Assembly (NCBI GenBank): GCA_951406725.2
Contig: OX597837.1
Coordinates: 34,348,001 to 34,412,000 of the forward strand
Direction of reading: 5' to 3'
DNA from: Octopus vulgaris
Lineage: Eukaryota
Length of the DNA: 64,000 nucleotides
Of this stretch, positions 29,460 through 41,809 are shown piece after piece. The position numbers and the translations under genes were made by a program. The stretch's first letter is position 1, and each line of letters starts with the position of its first letter. The notes beneath the pieces were generated by a model. It made no database searches. It was not told the DNA's origin and saw nothing but the letters and a program-made list of their open reading frames with translations.

Positions 29460-32400
29460 CTAATGAAGAAACAAAAGAAAAACAATGAAAATAAAATAAA
29501 AGTTACAACACAGCTACATCATCATCATCAACATTTAATGTACACTTTCCCATGGGTCAGACAGAAGGGCTGGCGTTAGGAAGGGCATCCAGCTGTAGAA
29601 ACACTGCCAGATCAGACTGGAGCCTGGTGCAGCCTTCTGGCTTCCCAGATCCCCGGTCGAACCGTCCAACCCATGCTAGCATGGAGAACGGACGTTAAAC
29701 GATGATGGATGCTCTTCCTGTTGCTAACCCTCACAGATTTCCAATCAAGGTTATTTTTGCCCAAGGTCAGACATGTTTTTTTTTTTTATAGAAGACAGTC
29801 ACTAAACAACACTGCTTATATGATAATGACGCTTGATATCTACACTCACACACAATGGGCTTCTTTCAGTTTCCATCAGCTGAATCTACTCACAAGACTG
29901 GTTGGCCTGGGGCCCTAGTGGAAGGTACTTCTCCAAGTTGCCCAAGGTCCTGTGCTATGGCAACTCGAGCAATACATACACAGAAGTGCCCTCTGTCTCT
30001 AAAATAGTGGTTTTCAAGGTAGGGCCAAAGTCCCTTCTTGCCATTGATGGAGAGTAAGTAGTGGTGGTGGTGATGGTGGTGGACCTTCTGTCCTTCAATG
30101 ATGAAGATTCAGTTGTTTGATTTACCTGCTCCTGAATTAAATGTATAAGTGGTTGAGTATTCCACAGATGTGTGTAAGTGAAGTAAAGTTCCTTACTGAG
30201 TTATATAGACTCGTAGGGCCAGTTTCCCTGATTTCTGTGGTGTATAAATTCTTCACATGGACAGGGTGCCAGTCTGTCACAGGACTACTTATTTTTGCCA
30301 GCTGAGTGGACTGGAGCAACATGAAATGAAGTGCTTTGCTCAAGAACACAATGCGTTGCCTGGTCCAGGAATTGAAACCACAATCTTACGATCAGGAGTC
30401 CAACACCCCTAACCACTAAACCACACACCTCCACAATGGACATGTATACTATTAATGTAACCTTTGTGTAGAATCAATCAGAGTGACACTGTGGCAGGAA
30501 TATTTAGTAATTGCAAAACTTAGAAATTTTGAAGCACAAAGGAAAAAAAGAAAAAAGTGATTTGCAGAAATGTTACTAACATCATCAAAATATCTGACCA
30601 TTCAAGATTATAGCTTTGAAAAAATAACTTAAATTTGAACTGCACTCTTCAAAACTTGCACTAAGAATAAGGAAAAGGTAAAATTACTACTGGTGTCATG
30701 CAAATGACACCTGTGTTAATGACATTGCACTCTTGGAGTGGTTGGCATTAGGAAGGGCATCCAGACGTAGAAACCATGCCAAATCAGATTGGGGTCTGGT
30801 GCAGCTTTCCAGTCCTGTTCAAACCATCCAACCTATACCAGCATGGACAACAGACACTAAATGATTGTGTGTGTTTGTACTTATATGCCATATAATAACT
30901 TTGTTCATGGGTAAGACATGCTTTTATTTGGATTTTGAAAATCAAAACCACTTTACAAAAGCAGATTTCGAATGATGAGCCTCACGGAGGCAATGACAAA
31001 TGATTGAGACGTTTGGCATTATGCTGTGCTTGAGTAGAAGATGCATCAAACCAAGTGAAATTGCAGTCGTGGCAGATACTGGTGTCATGCAAATGGCATC
31101 TGTGCCGGTGGCATGTAAAAGCACTCATTACACCCTTGGAGCAGTTAGCATGTTAGGAAGGGCATCCGGCCGTAGAAAACCCTGCCAAATCAAACTACAG
31201 CCTGGTGCAGCTCCTCAGCTTGCCAGCCCTGGTCAAATTGTTCAACCCATGCCGGCATGGACAACAGATGCTAAATGATGATAAAAATAGAGCAGGAGAC
31301 GCAAAATGCTGAGAAACCCTAATCTAAACCTGAAATGATGTTTTATGTCATGATGAGGTCTAAATATCACCTGCACTGTATGTGTTATTTTGTGGGTTGT
31401 CTGTGTCTCTCTCTCTCACCTCAAAATAATGTTACAATAAATAAACGAACCATATTTTATAAAAAAAAACGTCTCAAAATGAATCATAATACCAGAAAAA
31501 GTGGCAGAAAAAACATCTTAATGACATATAATACACTTCAAAATGGTAAAGACCCCCTTCGGTCATGAGTGACCATCGGTTTGTACCTAGAGAGTTACCC
31601 TCTGAGGCACAAGTCTGGGCAAGGTTGTTTTATGGAAGACCAGCAGTCGCCCATGCATACCGGCCTCCCCTCTCCACGCCACCAGTGTTATCCAAGGGAA
31701 AGACAAAGGTCGATACAGTTTGGCACCTGTGACGTCGTCGCAACTCATTACTACAGCTGAGTGAACTGGAGCAACGTGAAATAAAGTGTCTTGCTCAAGA
31801 ACACAACACGCAGCCCCGTCCGGGATTCGAGCTCACAACCTCACGATCGTAAGCTCGACGCTCTAACCACTGAGCCATGTGCCTTCAAAATGACATGCTG
31901 TATATACGTGTGTGTGTGTGTGTAACATTGAATCAGAATTAGGTGCAACAATATTTTTTAATTCACAACCAGGACAGGAAAAGATATCTGACACATCTAT
32001 ATACATATGAATTTAAGTGTGTGTGTATATATAGATATGAGTGTGTATCTATATATGTGTACCTATATATGTGTATGTGTGTGTATTTATATATGTGTAT
32101 ACAAAACTTAAGTGTATACATGTCTATATACACATAGCTCTAATAATCACTTTGACACCACACCTTCATGGCCATATATCTATGAAGAGGTGGTGTCTAA
32201 GTGCTTTGGACTAAATATCAATCACTTTTTTGTTTTGACTTCATTATTACAACTTAGATATTGACTCAACGCCACTCCAGACCCCACTTAAGTGGATTCT
32301 CTAACGACAATTTGGTGTAGTTTGCTATATATGACTGGTACTGTGCACCACCTCTTAGCATACCACACTCACTCTCTCATATATATATATATTTACTTGT

Positions 32401-33331
32401 TTTAGTCATTTGACTGCGGTCATGCTGGTGCACCACTTTTAGTTGAACAAATCGACCCTAGGACTTATTCTTTGTAAGCCTAGTACTTATTCTATCGGTC
32501 TCTTGTGCTGAACTGCTAAGTTACTGGGATGTAAACACACCAGCATCGGTTGTCAAGTGATGCTGGAGGGACAAACACAGACACACACACATGTATATAT
32601 ATACAAACACACATATATATATACACACATATATATACATATACGATGGGCTTCTTCAAGTTTCCATCTACCAATTCCACTCACAAGGCTATATATATGA
32701 ATGTCATACGACTTCTTGTCGTCACTGTTATATCAGAACTGTTATAATATCAAACATTTCTGATGTTCTCTCATTACTCTCCAACTGTGTATCTTCAACA
32801 AGCACTCCACGATATCTCTATTCAATAATTCCTATGACCTGTACACAATGACTGCACATAGCCAATCACGGGGGTGTACAGGTTCCCTATACAACATATA
32901 TATATATCGTCGTTGTTGTTTAATGTCCACTTGCCATGCTGGCGTGGGTTGGACAGTTTGATTGAGGACTGGCAAGCAAGAAGGCTGCACCAGGCTCCAA
33001 TCTGACCTGGCAAAGTTTTTCTACAGCTGGATACCCTTCCTAACCCTCCGGCACGAGGTCAGGTGGTACTGGCATCACTAACGCTTGAATGGTGCTTTTT
33101 ATGTGCCACCGGCATGGGAGCCAGTTGGGACTACTGTGTGTGTGTATATATATATATATATACACACACAGTAGTCCATCAACCATTATGGGTGTTATGT
33201 TCCAAAATCCCACCATGATAGGTGAAAATCCACAAAGTAGAAACAGTACTGCAACCGCTAAGTTACGGGGGACGTAAACACACCAGCATCGGTTGTCAAG
33301 CTATGTTGCGGGGACAAACATAAACATACAA

Positions 33332-33364
<33 letters not shown>

Positions 33365-36166
33365 CGACGGGCTTCTTTCACTTTCCGTCTACCAAATCCA
33401 CTCACAAGGCTTTGATTTGCCCAAGGCTACAGTAGAAGACACTCTCCCAAGGTGCCACACAGTGAGACTGAACCCGGAACCATGTGGTTGGTAAGCAAGC
33501 TACTTACCACACAGCCACTCCTGTGCCTATATGGTTGGATTAAACGCCAAAGAGTTGAATAAAACAAATTTACTAAAATAATTAAATGAAACCCAAGTAC
33601 CTGTACACTGGAGTAAATAAGTGTGGCTCATAAGAGGTTTTGGGCCAACAGTGTCCAGAAATTTGGTGTTGTACCTGAATATGAAGGAAAAGAAAAAAAA
33701 AAAGTCCACTAACCACATCGCTGACTTTGTCTTCATCTGATTCCTCTTCCTCTTCTGGAGAATCTTCCTTTGTATCTTCCTCAACCACCCTAGACTCTTC
33801 AGCTACCTGTGAGGGAATCTCATCACCCTGAAGAAAGCCAAAAAGGAACAGAAGTCTTTGTTGATAAATAAGAAACCAAGAATGAAACCTTTCCTGAAAG
33901 GTACCGGATTAAGGTACTTCATAAAAAAATAAATAATAAATGCACCCTTTTAAAGCCAAGCCAGGCTCATGGGCCCAGTTTCCCGGTTTCCATGGTGAAT
34001 GTGTTCCCCAGCTGGACGGGACGCCAGTCCATCGCAGCGTTACTCAAGAAACAGGAAGAAAGAGTAAGAGAAAGTTGGGGCAAAAGAGTACAACAGGGGT
34101 TGCCCACCCACCCCTCCCTACCAGAGCCTCATGGAGCATTGGGTGTTTTTGCTCAATAAACACACACAACGCCCGGTCTGGGAATTGAAACCGCGATCCT
34201 CCGACTGCAAGCTTGCTGCCCTAGCCACTGGGCCATTGTACCTCCACTGCGCCCTTTTAAAGCCTAGCCAGGCTCATGGGGCCCGGTTTCCCGGTTTCCA
34301 TGGCGTATGTGTTCCCCAGCTGGATGGGATGCTAGTCCATCGCAGCGTTACTCATTTTTGCCAGCTGAGTCGACTGGAGCAACATGAAATGAAGTGTTTT
34401 GCTCAAGAACACAAGTTACCTGGTGCAGGAATTGAAACCACAATCTTACGATCAGGAGTCCAACACCCTAACCACTAAGCTATGTGCCTCCATGGTAGAT
34501 ACACAGAGAAATAAAAAGAAAACGGAGGGAGGGAGGGAGAGTGATGGAGGCAGACAAAGAGAAGATAAAAAGAGACCATGAGTGACAGAGAAGAGTGGAG
34601 ACTGACAGAGACAAAGAGAGAGATAACATATTTTAACGTGTATAAGGAACCCTTTTTTGTCAAAAATTAGGTTAAAAAATATGGGAGTTTCTTAAACATG
34701 GATAGTATTATAATCTCTTAAACCTTTTTTCCAAATTTTAAGCTCCCAAAATTAGGGGGTTCCTTATATACAAGGGTTTCTTATACAGGTTTAAATATGG
34801 TGAATATTATGAACAAACCATTAAATTTCTGTTTTTGAGGACTCCAATCATATAACCCTCTTCGCATTTGTTCATGGACAGCATCACCTTCACACGGCAC
34901 ATCAACTGTTCAAGACTTCTCTTAACGCAAGGTATTTGGTTTGTTAGGCACACACTCTTCACAATCTGTAAAATAACAGTAGTAGTAGTTATGGGGGATG
35001 TAAACAAACAAATACCAGTCTTCATGTAGTGGTGGGAGACAAACACAAACACAGATATATGTTTATATATATATATAAGATAGGCTTCTTTCAGTTTCTT
35101 GTTTCTTTACTGCCCACAAGGGGCTACACACAGAGGGGACAAACAAGGACAGACAAATGGATTAAGTCGATTATATTGACTCCAGTGCATAACTGGTACT
35201 GATTAATTGAGCAAATCTTTCAGTCAACACCCAGCAGGAAAAAATGAAGAAAAAATAAAAGAAAAAATGAGAAAATGGAGGAAAAATAAAAGAAAAAATG
35301 AAGGAAAAAAATGGAGAAAATGGAGGAAAAACAATGAAGGAAAAATAAAAGAAAAAAATGAAGGAAAAAAATGGAGAAATAAAAGAAAAAAATGAAGGAA
35401 AAAAATGGAGGAAAAACAATGAAGGAAAAATAAAAGAAAAAATTAAGGAAAAATAAAAGAAAAAATTAAGGAAAAAAATGAAGGAGAAAATGGAGGAAAA
35501 ACAATGAAGGAAAAAAATGAAGGAGAAAATGGAGGAAAAACAATGAAGGAAAAAAATGGAGAAAATGGAGGAAAAACAATGAAGGAAAAATAAAGGAAAA
35601 AAATGAAGGAGAAAATGGAGGAAAAACAATGAAGGAAAAATAAAAAGAATTAAGGAAAAATGAAGGAAAAAAGTTATTTGATAGAAATAAAGTTGAGAAA
35701 GTTCTAGTTACCTTGGAGTGATTGCAGATGTGATGTAACGAGCGTGTACTTAATTGCATGCTCTTCAGTAATCCATGGATGTTTTCATGCTGGCTGCGAT
35801 ACATAATGTCAAGGAGGGGCATCGCTTGCAGGGTAAAGGCATCCACAAACATACGACCAGCCTGGAAAAGAGGGGACAAAAAAAAAAGGGAAAAATATAT
35901 ATAAAACAGATGAATATTAAGTACATGTAAAGAAGACAGTAAAAATAAGCAGGAGAATGTTCCTTTGATTTCAATAATGGCCGTTCCAGTTGTCTAGGCA
36001 ACTGGAACCACCAAAAAAATATTGTCCCTATCAGCACCATCGACCCTGAAAGGATGAAAAGCAAAGTCAAACCCCAGCAGAATTTGAACTCAGAATGTAA
36101 AGACAGACGAAAAATGCCGCTTAGCATTTTGCCTGGCATGCTTATGATTCAAACCAGCTTGCTGCC

Positions 36167-36198
<32 letters not shown>

Positions 36199-39100
36199 CT
36201 TCATTGTTTAACCTCTGCCTTCCATGCTGGCATGGGTGGGACAGTTTGACAGGAGCCTGCACCAGACTTCTGTGTCTGTTTTGGCAGGGTTTTTACAGCT
36301 GGATGCCCTTCCTAACACCAACCACTCAGTAGAGTGGACTCGTGCTTTTTACGTGACACAAGCACAGGTGAGGTCAGTTTTGGCAAGGTTTTTACAGCTG
36401 GATGCCCTTCCAAATGCTAACCACATTGCAGTGTGGACTGGATGCTTTCTAAGTGGCACCAGCACTTGCAAGACAAAGATCCTTTGAGAGAAGAGGGTGT
36501 ATTAGAGGACGTAATAATGATGATGATGATGATAAATCGAGAGTAGTGTGTTGGCATAATCGTAAGAGCTTCAGATGAGAAGCCTTGCAATATTTATTGT
36601 GGCTCTTAGTGTTGTGAGTTCAAATCCCACTCTGGCTTTTATGGGTGACAGACTTAATTCTGTCTCTTCGTTTAACCCCACCCCCTGATCACCCAGGGTA
36701 TCTTTACTGGCCACCACACTATTTCAAGCATTCAGGGGCCAGGCCTCTGGTTTGAGGATATATTCCTCCTTCCCAGTATCAGACATTCAGTGAAGGGTCA
36801 CGTGCACTGCATATTCCCTCTTGACTGAAAGATAAAAAAAACAACAAAACAACTGGCTGAGTACACCACAGACAAACATACATCCATAACACAATCTTCA
36901 GATGGAATTAACATGAGAGACATTGTGACAAGAGTGCTTATAGTAATTACTAGCTGACTCTGGCCATCAAAAATGACGGCTAATTGTAGTATTTTATATA
37001 TAAATATGGATGGTAAATCAAATTAATACACTTATCAATGTTATCTAGTAGTTGTCTTTTGAAGTGAGACATCGATTATCGTTTGTTACTGAAAGAACAC
37101 TGGCTTACACACACCAACATTCACATACTTCTCTTGTATACACACACACAGTTGAAACGCTGTTTGATTTTTCCTTTCAGTACTGAATGTTCACCATCCC
37201 ACTTCCATTGCACACACACCCACACACAGAGTTGAAACGTTCCTACTACCAGTTTGCCATCACCCCTCCCTTTCTCATTCATCTGTTGTGACGGAGAAAA
37301 ACACGAGTATTATTATAGTAGATATAATAAACACACATACATGCTTGCACATAATGAGATAGATCATCATCATCATCATTTAATGTTTGTTTTTCTATGC
37401 TGGCATGGGTTGGCCTGCATGACAGGAGCTTGCAAGCCGGACAGCTGCACCAGGCACCAACCATTTATTCTAGCAACGTTTCTATGGCTGGATGCCCTTC
37501 CTAACACCAACCACTTCATAGATTGCATTGGATCCTTTTTATGTAGCACCAGTGCAGGGTTTTTTTTTTTTTACTTGGCACCAACACCTGTGAGCCTGCA
37601 AAATAAGGACCTATCAACTGAGGTCTGTATAATTTGGCCCCTACCTTTAACGAGGTCCCTAGATTTGGAAAGCCATAAAATTTCTGAAACAGAAAATAAA
37701 AATAAGGACCTCTCAACTGAGGTCTAAAAAATTTGTATAATTTGGCCCCTACCTTTGGAAAACCATAACATTTCTGAAACAGAAAATAAAAATAGGGACC
37801 TCTCAACTGAGGTCTAGAAAATTTGTATAATTTGGCCCCTACCTTTGGAAAACCATAAAATTTCTGAAACAGAAAATAAAAATAGGGACCTCTCAACTGA
37901 GGTCTAGAAAATTTGTATAATTTGGCCCCTACCTTTGGAAAACCACAATTTCTAAAACAGAAAATAAAAATAGGGACCTCTCAACTGAGGTCTAGAAAAT
38001 TTGTATAATTTGGCCCCTACCTTTGGAAAACCATAAAATTTCTGAAACAGAAAATAAAAATAGGGACCTCTCAACTGAGGTCTAGAAAATTTGTATAATT
38101 TGGCCCCTACCTTTAATGCAGTCCCTAGATTTGGAAGGCCATCAAATTTCTGAAACAGGAAATAAAGATTATTACACAAATGAGAGAGAGAGAGAGAGAG
38201 AGAATAAATGAAAGTGTAGTTAGTGGTAATAGTAGTGGTGGCGGTAGGAGTAGATGCTAGAAAGCAGAGCTCTAGAAGGAAGTCCAAGCCCAACAATTAC
38301 TTTCAAAAGAGAAAGTATTTAGATTTATTTAGGTTGTTCATTAATTACTGTAACGAGAGTCATTAAGCAATTACTCTACACTGTCACCAAATTATTAATA
38401 TGACCATCATCATCATCATCACTTCATTTCCAACTTCCATGCTGGCATAGGTTGGACCAAATTACTTACAAACATTTTACAGTCTAGGCACAATCCCTCT
38501 CTCTCTCTCATTATTTGTTTCAAATTTTGGCACAAGGCCAGCAATTTCAGGGGAGGGAGTAAGTCATTTACATCAAACCCTAGTCATTAACTGGTACTTA
38601 TTTCATCAACTCTAAAAGGGGATTAAAGGCAAAGTCGGCCATGGTGGGATTTGAACTCGGAATATAAGGAATGAAATGCCTTTGAGCATTTCGCCTGGTG
38701 TGTTAACAGTTGTACAAGCTCACTGCCTTTCCCTTAATTTGGTTTTGTAACTTCCTGTTCTGTTTAGTTCATTCTCGAGAACAGGGGACACGTGGGAGGG
38801 AAGAGTCGCTGAAGAGGTCACAGGTGTGTGACAAAAGATTTCCAAACAAAGCATACAATAATAAATGAGTGAAAAATAAATATATATATTTGGCAAGAAC
38901 CCCCCCCCCCCCAAAAAAAAACAACGACCATCTTGAAATATAACAATAGATGATGTGATTGTTTATTTTTAGAATGACATTGTAGGGTAGGCGTGAGAGG
39001 ATGGACCTGGTCAGTTTGAACATAAAACGGGAAGAATATTTGGGTCCAGATATGACCAGTTTAAATGCCAAAGGGTTAATCTTGGGCAGCACTCACGTAG

Positions 39101-41753
39101 ATCCCTTAAAATTTGCCCCAGTTTTTGGGTTCCACTATCAATGGGGATCTCTTCTAGTGAAAGTTCATCCTTAAAATTGCTAAGAATACTTTATAATGAC
39201 TGACCCCTTCTCTTCAGCCCTCAGAACTGTTACTGATACTTTATAAAACTCTGATGAGACCCACAATGGGATGCTGATGCTACTACACACACACACATAT
39301 ACGCATGTACCATAGGCTTCCTTATAGTTTCCATCTACCAAATTCCACTCACATGGTATTGGCCAACCTGATACCACAACTATTGCTACTATTACCACCA
39401 CCACCACCACTACAATCACTACCACTGCTGTTGCTGCTACTACTACTACTGCTACTAAAAACACCACTACTGTTATTATTATTCAAAACAACAATAATTA
39501 CCTTAATGAGTGTCGTTAAAATCTGAAATATCCGGACTGCTAAATTCCATTGAAGAATTTTGTCATTTTTTGCCTAAAATAAAAATAACAACAAAACAAA
39601 AATAAATATACAAAAGCAAAATATATATAAATATAAAACAAACATAGGCGCAGGAGTGGCTGTGTGGTAAGTAGCTTGCTTACCAACCACACGGTTCCGA
39701 GTTCAGTCCCACTGCGTGGCACCTTGGGAAAGTGTCTTCTACTATAGCCTCGGGCCGACCAATGCCTTGTGAGTGGATTTGGTAGACGGAAACTGAAAGA
39801 AGCCTGTCGTACATATGTATATATATATATATATGTATGTGTGTGTTTGTGTGTCTGTGTTTGTTCCCCTAGCATTGCTTGACAACCGATGCTGGTGTGT
39901 TTACATCCCCGTCACTTAGCGGTTTGGCAAAAAGAGACCGATAGAATAAGTACTGGGCTTACAAAAAGAATAAGTTCCGGGGTCGATTTGCTCGATTAAA
40001 GGTGGTGCTCCAGCATGGCCGCAGTCAAATGACTGAAACAAGTAAAAGAGTAAATACCTTTAACCCTTTCGTTATTTTATTTATTTTGAGATGCTCTGTG
40101 TTTCTTTCAATTAATTTTAAATATAACAAAGAATTTAGTAAAATAACTCAGTTATCATTAAGCTGGTGTTAGGAACATAAATTGTGACTAAGGTCTGGTG
40201 GAAGATTTTAATCCAATACTTATGGAAACTAGACATTTGTACTACAGAGCCAGAGGCGGTTTCAGCCAGGTTGGTAACGAAAGGGTTAAGTGAAGCTATA
40301 TAAGAAAGAAAGAAAGAATGATTTTATTGCTGTTGAGGTCATCTTCACCTTTCATATCTTCAACATCAATATTAATGGGACCTGTGGAAATTCCACAAAG
40401 CGAAAAAGATTAACCCTTTTGTTACAATATTTCTGTTGAGATGCTCTGTGTTTCTTTCAATTACTTTAAATATAACAAAGAATTTAGTAAAATAACTTAG
40501 TTATCATTAAGCTAGTGTTAGGAACATAAATTGTGACTAAGGTTTGGTGGAAGATTTTAATTCAAAACTTGTGAAAACAAGACATTTTTACTCAGACCCA
40601 GAGCTGGTTTCAGCCAGGTTGGTATCGAAAGGGTTAAAATAGAACAAAACTAAAAATATATTTCCTTCCTCCGCATCCATCACTTTTTGTTTTGGTTTCC
40701 TCGCTTAGCGGTTCGGCAAAAGAGACCGATAGAATAAGTACTGGGCTTACAAAGAATAAGTCCCGGGGTCGATTTGCTCGACTAAAGGCGGTGCTCCAGC
40801 ATGGCCACAGTCAAATGACTGAAACAAGTAAAAGAGTAAATAAAGAACAGGAACAATGGTTTGAGATTAAAGGAATTGGCTGGACCCCTAAACCAACCAC
40901 CCAGCCAGCCAGCCTCACTCCTTTAATTTATACACTTGCTCCCACCATATTCTTAGACTTTAGTCATTAGCTTGACACAGTGCATCTTTAAATTTAAATA
41001 TTGCCCCTTTTCTTTAAATTATGGTTCAGGGTTGAAACACCCGATGAATGTTGGATACCGTCTGACATCAGTACCTTCTGGCCAAAGCTCCATTCACTTT
41101 GACGAGTGTTAAAGAAGCGCCTTCTTGGAGTTCTCAATAACAAATCCACTCCCTTTCTACAATTGAAAACCCCTTTCCCCACCATTTCAATCCCACCGGA
41201 TTGCAGAGAGAAGGGATGGCAGTCATGGCTTTCTCCAGTTGAGGTTAGCTGTAGGGAACCCCTGGCCTAGTCAGTATGAAGGAGGATGCTTACAGACATT
41301 GGAACAAGAGGAAAAAGAGTGAAGGATGTCTGTGAGTGGGATGGGAGAAGCAGCAGAAAGAACCCCTTGCTTATGGAACAGGTGAGAGGAGTTGAGATGG
41401 AAACCAGGAGGAGATGATGAGCAGTGAGGTGGCCACCACTGCTGACCCTTTAATGGGAGGGTGTTACGGTTCAGGATTGAAACTGCTTGTCATCATTGGA
41501 TACTGGTCTGGTGACATCAATTCCTCCTGGCCAAAACTCTATTCACTCAGGTGAGTAGATAAGGAGCATCTAAGAGTTACTAATAATATATATACAAACA
41601 TATATATCAGCATCATCATCATTTAATGGGTTTTCCATGCTGGCATGAGTTGGACGGTTTGACTGAAAGCTGGGGAGTTGCACTAGGTTTCAATCTGATT
41701 TGGCATGGTTTCTATAGCTGGATGCCCTTCCTAATGCCAACCACTCCAAGAAT

Positions 41754-41809
<56 letters not shown>

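Larger units (their letters stand above)
37600..38165 (-). repeat. Tandem array of about 90-bp units, six exon-like copies with their splice sites
   Basis: Units recur at 37681, 37771, 37861, etc. (tttctgaaacagaaaataaaaatagggacctctcaactgaggtctagaaaatttgtataatttggcccctacctttggaaaaccataaaa). Confidence 0.95.

Noticed and set aside
29955-30131. Open minus-strand frame after an AG (EQVNQTTESS...) as an alternative last exon
   Set aside because: Weak polypyrimidine tract next to a SINE and no similarity to the acidic FANCD2 tail; 29349-29459 fits better.
37600-38165. CRISPR-like appearance of the regular array
   Set aside because: Eukaryotic context, no unique spacers, no cas genes; the units are duplicated exon plus intron.
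40349-40381. 33-nt AG-GT bounded candidate exon between the two MITEs
   Set aside because: In the required phase 0 it contains a stop, and the alignment with human FANCD2 has no gap there.
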